A DNA stretch of 63,994 nt, the filler included, from Dirinaria sp. TL-2023a (lineage: Eukaryota): assembly GCA_051941275.1 (NCBI GenBank). It is 6 parts of 6 records of this genome, joined end to end, with 100 filler letters (N's around TTAATTAATTAA, not from the genome) between each part and the next. Parts side by side here need not be neighbours in the genome. Positions count along the whole stretch, not along the records: positions 54,114 to 63,994 come from JAVEBF010000995.1; 5 more parts are not named here. One strand, given 5' to 3'. How positions within the stretch are numbered: position 1 is the first letter of the stretch; every line of letters begins with the position of its first letter. The translations under genes were made by a program, and so were the position numbers. Of this stretch, positions 58,801 to 63,994 are shown in pieces. The notes under the pieces are model-generated. The model was given only the letters and a program-made list of their open reading frames with translations. It did not search any database and was not told the origin of the DNA.

Positions 58801-61800
58801 CTAGCCCCACTGACCGAAATCATGAACCGTTACAGTGAAGGATTGAAAGCACATGAACTTGGTGTATTCTGCCGCCTCCTTGACACATACTATGACGTCG
58901 AGAAGCTTTTTTCGAGCCGTAATGTCAGAGATGAAGACGTCGTTCTCCAACTTCGAGAAGACAATAAGGATGATATATATAAGGTAGTCCAAACCGTGCT
59001 TTCTCATAGCCGAATTGGCGCCAAGAACAACCTCGTCCTTGCCATCTTGGATATGTATCGACCGAACTTACCCAATGTCGGCAATGTCTCGAAGTACTTC
59101 AAACCCTCACTGCGCAAGTTGACTGAGCTTGAATCACGAGCTACGGCCAAAGTCTCGTTGAAAGCCAGGGAGGTGCTGATTCAGTGCGCTCTACCATCGT
59201 TGGAAGAACGAGAAGCACAAATGGAGCATATCCTTCGAACTTCGGTCGTCGAGTCGAGGTACGGCGAAACCTCGTGGGACCACCGAAAGCCTGACTTCGA
59301 TTCCCTGAGGGAGGTTGTGGACTCGCGATACACCGTATTTGACGTTCTTCCCAAATTCTTCGGTCATTCGGACCCCTGGGTGTCATTAGCCGCTCTTGAA
59401 GTCTATGTTAGACGCGCATACCGAGCGTACACCGTGAAATCGGTCGATTACCATAGCGAAGCCGAGCCTCCATTTCTGATATCTTGGGACTTTTTACTTC
59501 GCAAAGTTGGGTCCTCCGAGTTCGGAATGCCGCTTACCTCCTCCTACCCGTCAACGCCAGCAACGCCAGCGCAACACGATGTCAATCCGTTCAAGAGAAT
59601 CAGCTCCATAAGCGACATGTCCTATCTAGCTGGAAAAGCGGAAGAAGATCCATCGCGGAAGGGTGTCATTGTTCCTGTCCAGTATCTCGATGAGGCAGAT
59701 GAGTATCTGCCACGTGCACTCGAAATATTCCCCGCTGCTGAACCGAAACGGAAGTCTGGGAATGCGCTCGAGCCTCCTGCTTTGAGAGCGCGAAGGGCTG
59801 CTTCTCCAGCTCCGGTCGGCACAAGTAAAGAGGATGAGCTAAATGCCGTGTGCAATATCGCGGTCCGTGACGCCGAATCATACGACGACAATGAGATACT
59901 AGAGAGGATCCGTCCCATCGTTCAGGATTATAAAGAGGACCTTCTCTCTCGAAGGGTTCGTAGGCTGACATTTATTTGTGGTCACAAAGATGGTACCTAT
60001 CCTGGGTATTTCACTTTCCGCGCACCGCAATTTCTGGAAGACGACAGCATCCGTCACATTGAGCCAGCTCTTGCATTCCAGCTGGAGCTGGGTCGATTGT
60101 CCAAGTTCCGCATTAGGCCGGTCTTCACAGAAAATCGCAACATCCATGTCTACGAGGCCATCGGCAAATCAGCAGACAATGACAAAGCCATCGACAAACG
60201 ATATTTCACTCGCGCTGTGGTCCGACCTGGAAGAGTACGGGACGACATTCCTACGGCTGACTACCTTATCTCCGAGGCAGACCGGCTTATGAATGACATA
60301 TTGGATGCTCTAGAGATCATCGGCAACAATGGCTCGGACATGAACCACATCTTTATCAATTTCTCGCAGGTGTTCCCTCTCCCTCCACAAGAGGTTGAGG
60401 AAGCTCTTGCAGGATTTTTAGACCGCTTCGGCCGTCGAGCATGGCGACTGCGGGTGACTGGTGCCGAAATTCGAATCATCTGTACCGACCCATCCACCGG
60501 AATGCATTACCCATTGAGAGTCGTTATTACCAATACATCCGGCTACGTGATCCAAGTTGAGCTCTATGCCGAGAAGAAGTCTGAGCGCGGTGGCGAATGG
60601 CTCTTCCATAGCATTGGCGGCACCACGAGAATTGGCGCCATGCACCTTCGCCCTGTGTCCACGCCTTATCCCACCAAAGAGTGGCTGCAGCCAAAGAGAT
60701 ACAAGGCTCACCTGATGGGCACGCAGTACGTGTACGATTTCCCTGACCTCTTCCGCCAAGCTTTCGAGAACTGCTGGAACAAGGCGGTCGCGAAACACTC
60801 ATCGCTGGCAAGCAAACAGCCGCGCCAAGGCGAATGCATGGAATACAGCGAGCTGGTCCTTGATGAGAACGACAACCTTGCTGAGGTTGCCCGTGAACCC
60901 GGAACCAATACCCATGGCATGGTCGGCTGGATTATTACCGCGAAGACTCCGGAGTATCCCAAGGGGAGGAGATTCATCATCGTAGCAAACGACATCACTT
61001 TCAAGATCGGCTCTTTTGGTCCTCGAGAGGACCAATTCTTTTTCAAGTGCACGGAGCTCGCACGAAGACTAGGCATCCCACGGATATATCTATCGGCTAA
61101 TTCGGGTGCTCGTATTGGTATGGCCGAAGAGCTCATCCCACACTTCAGTGCAGCTTGGAATGATCCGGCTAAGCCTCAAGCTGGCTTTAAGTATCTCTAC
61201 CTGACAAAAGAGAAACGAGACCGATTTGAGCTTGGGAAGTCGAAGGATGTGATCACTGAGCGCATTGTTGAGGACGGTGAGGAGCGGTACAAAATCACCA
61301 CTATTGTGGGCGCTGAAGATGGTCTTGGTGTTGAATGTCTTCGAGGTTCTGGTCTGATTGCAGGCGCCACGTCGAAGGCTTATGAGGATATCTTCACCAT
61401 TACATTGGTCACTTGTCGATCAGTTGGTATGTTGAATGTTCGAATGTGAATGTATTTCCAGACTAACGGTACAATAGGTATCGGTGCTTATCTCGTCCGC
61501 CTAGGTCAGAGAGCCATCCAAATCGAGGGTCAGCCGATTATCCTCACCGGAGCAGCTGCCATCAACAAGCTACTCGGCCGTGAGGTTTATACCTCTAACC
61601 TTCAGCTTGGTGGTACACAGATCATGTACAAGAACGGTGTCTCGCATATGACGGCTAGCGATGATTTTGAGGGTGTCTCGAAGATTGTCAACTGGCTCTC
61701 CTTTGTACCCGACAAGAAGAACAACCCAGTGCCGATCACGTTGGGCTCGGATACTTGGGACAGATCCATTTCTTACTTCCCACCCCAGAAACAACCATAC

Positions 61801-63041
61801 GATGTGCGATGGCTCATTGCAGGCAAGGAAGATGACGAAGGCTTCCAGTCCGGGCTGTTTGACAAAGACTCCTTCGAAGAGTCGCTCGGCGGATGGGCAC
61901 GGACAGTCGTTGTCGGACGTGCTCGATTAGGCGGTATCCCCATGGGTGTCATCGGCGTTGAAACTCGCTCGGTAGAGAATGTCATGCCTGCAGACCCAGC
62001 TAACCCAGACTCCATCGAACAAATCACTCAAGAAGCCGGTGGTGTTTGGTACCCCAACTCGGCCTTCAAGACTGCGCAAGCCATCCAAGACTTCAACAAC
62101 GGCGAGCAGCTACCTCTGATGATCTTGGCCAATTGGCGAGGTTTCTCCGGAGGCCAGCGTGACATGTACAACGAAGTTCTCAAGTACGGCTCATACATCG
62201 TTGATGCACTCGTCAAGTACCAGCAGCCAATCTTCGTGTACATTCCGCCGTTCGGCGAGCTCCGTGGTGGATCTTGGGTAAGTCATGTAACACGATGTTC
62301 TTGCATTCAATCACTAAATTTCTCCAGGTGGTCGTGGATCCAACGATCAATGCAGACTACATGGAAATGTACGCCGATGAAGACTCCCGCGGCGGTGTTC
62401 TCGAACCCGAGGGTATAGTCAACATCAAATACCGCAACGACAAGCAACTTGAAACCATGGCCCGCCTTGACCCTACCTACGCCGAACTCAAGCGCTCAAT
62501 CTCCGACAAAGATCTCCCCTCGGAGAAACAAGCCGAGATCAAAGCGAAGATGACCGAGCGCGAAACCCTCCTCTTGCCCGTCTACTCCCAAATCTCCCTC
62601 CAATTCGCCGACCTCCACGACCGTGCCGGCCGCATGGCCGCTAAGAACACCATCCGCCACCCCATCCAGTGGAAGAATGCCCGCCGCTTCTTCTACTGGC
62701 GCGTGCGCCGCCGCCTCAACGAGGAGAAGATCCTCAAAGCCATGTCCGGTACCACGATGAAGGGCCCCAACACCCGAAGCAACAACCTGCGCACGCTGCG
62801 CGCGTGGTCCAACATCGCGGACTTTGAGAAAGACGACATGAGCGTCGCGACGTGGTGCGAGGAGAACCGGCAGACGGTCAAGGCCAAGGTGGAGGCATTG
62901 AAGAGCGAGGGCGTGGCGATGGATATGGCTGCGTTGCTGAGGAGCGATCGCCAGGGCGGCTTGAAGGGGCTGAAGACGGCGTTGGGCATGATGCCCGTCG
63001 AAGAGCGGGAGGAGACGTTGAAGTTCCTCCAGAGTGCGTAA
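55872..63041 (+). CDS. ACC1: Acetyl-CoA carboxylase (BC-BCCP-central-CT); exons 55872-56072, 56136-56306, 56395-56489, 56541-61426, 61478-62277, 62328-63041; possible extra 8-nt first exon at 55777-55784
   Basis: [49 protein letters not shown], biotin site EVMKM, Snf1-site-like [11 protein letters not shown], and CT motifs [22 protein letters not shown] and NWRGFSGG. Five canonical introns. Confidence 0.98.
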
Positions 63042-63994
63042 ATAGAATCGGAGGAGGGAAAGATGTGGTTCAAAATTTCTTCTTGTAAAAGAAAAAACTC
63101 GAGGAAAGGGGTGCTGTTGTTATCTGTAAATTTCGTTTCCTTCCTTCCTGCTTGCGTGCGTATGTGTTACGTGTTTGCGTTGGCGTTTAATAGAGAGAGT
63201 TCGCGGCAGAGATTATTTAGTTTTGATCATGCCATGGGACCTACTTCCTCAACTGCTGCAGGTCACATACATACATACATGCGCATGTCTACAGTTTATC
63301 TACTACAGTACGAGTACGAGTACAGTTATGTTTCGTCTATCTAGTGTCTAGTATTTACAATGGAACTTTCTTTGTTTTTTTTTTTTCACCTTTTTTTTGG
63401 CGGGGTTGAATTGAAGGTAGTTAGGTGGATGGATAGCGTGCGAGATGCTGATGCGAGAATAAAAGATATTATGAATTTGGGGTTTTCGAGTTTGCTAGCC
63501 TCTCCACTTCACTTACTTATGTATAAGGACGACTATGGCTATAATTGCGTACGCATATTACGAGTTAAGTACGTTGAGTTCTTAAAAAAGGCTCAATGTG
63601 AGACAGAAAAAGGCTCTCTCAATCGATCGATCATTCTGGCATGAAAACTAGTTCAAGGAGGAGGAGGTTGCTGTTGGTATACCTTAACCACCCCCCCAAG
63701 GTGTTTTTGAGGTAGACGGCGGAGGGCGGGGGGAATGTTCTTGATTATTCTTTTTTTTTTTTTTCAAAAAAAAAAAAAGGAGAAGTGGTGAGGAAAGATA
63801 TGGTTTTTCGAAGGAGGGGATTTAGAAAGAAGAGAGAAAAGAATTGTAAATCAAGATACACATACATGCAACCAAACGTCCTCATGGTTCAGTCAAATTT
63901 TTAAAGATTAACCTTAAGAGTTGAGATTATGGGCTCGGGTAAGGGTCAAGCGCACGCTTTTTCTTTGTGTGTTTTTTTTTTTTTTTTTTTTTTT

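Noticed and set aside
15842..63041. A metabolic or signalling cluster (LEU1, acetate transporter, SDR, ACC1; G-alpha with Pth11-like receptor)
   Set aside because: The genes lie on different unlinked contigs, and no PKS, NRPS or terpene synthase backbone gene is present.
1..63994. tRNA, 5S/rRNA, snRNA, TPP riboswitch, telomeric repeats, and TGA-CTA readthrough to a cryptic PTS1
   Set aside because: A manual scan found no convincing signatures, and none of the gene stops has the TGA-CTA context. A covariance-model search was not possible, so short RNAs could have been missed.

Overview
Intron-containing genomic DNA of a filamentous ascomycete (Pezizomycotina), not a prokaryote. The window is not one locus. 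It is six contigs joined by five identical artificial 100-nt spacers (N44-TTAATTAATTAA-N44). The four complete contigs fall in length (10753, 10730, 10692, 10680 nt), so they look size-sorted and adjacency across spacers means nothing. I rebuilt 18 gene models by hand from splice sites. Contig 1 has a 5'-partial PCI/CSN8-like gene, a DUF3292 gene and a large Seg1-like disordered protein. Contig 2 has a C2H2 plus fungal-specific-domain transcription factor, LEU1 and an AlcS/GPR1-FUN34-YaaH transporter. Contig 3 has an F-box protein, two hypotheticals, a DUF1771-Smr protein ending in a CaaX box, the group I G-alpha (with a GC-AG intron) and a partial CsbD-like gene. Contig 4 has an SDR, a probable decayed MITE, a HeLo-like/ankyrin protein, a small ORF with a suspect stop and a partial Pth11-like receptor. 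Contig 5 has about 5 kb without recognisable genes, a divergent pair of uncharacterised Cys-rich membrane proteins and an AT-rich degenerate tract. Contig 6 has ACC1. I found no rRNA, tRNA, CRISPR array or intact transposon, and I cannot demonstrate a new biological system from the sequence alone. The best leads are the divergent membrane-protein pair, the NOD-less HeLo-like/ankyrin protein, the lipidated Smr protein, a six-fold PacC-site array beside a Leu3/LeuB site at LEU1, and repeated C-to-G skew flips inside gene 3' ends. Family assignments come from recalled motifs, not database searches.
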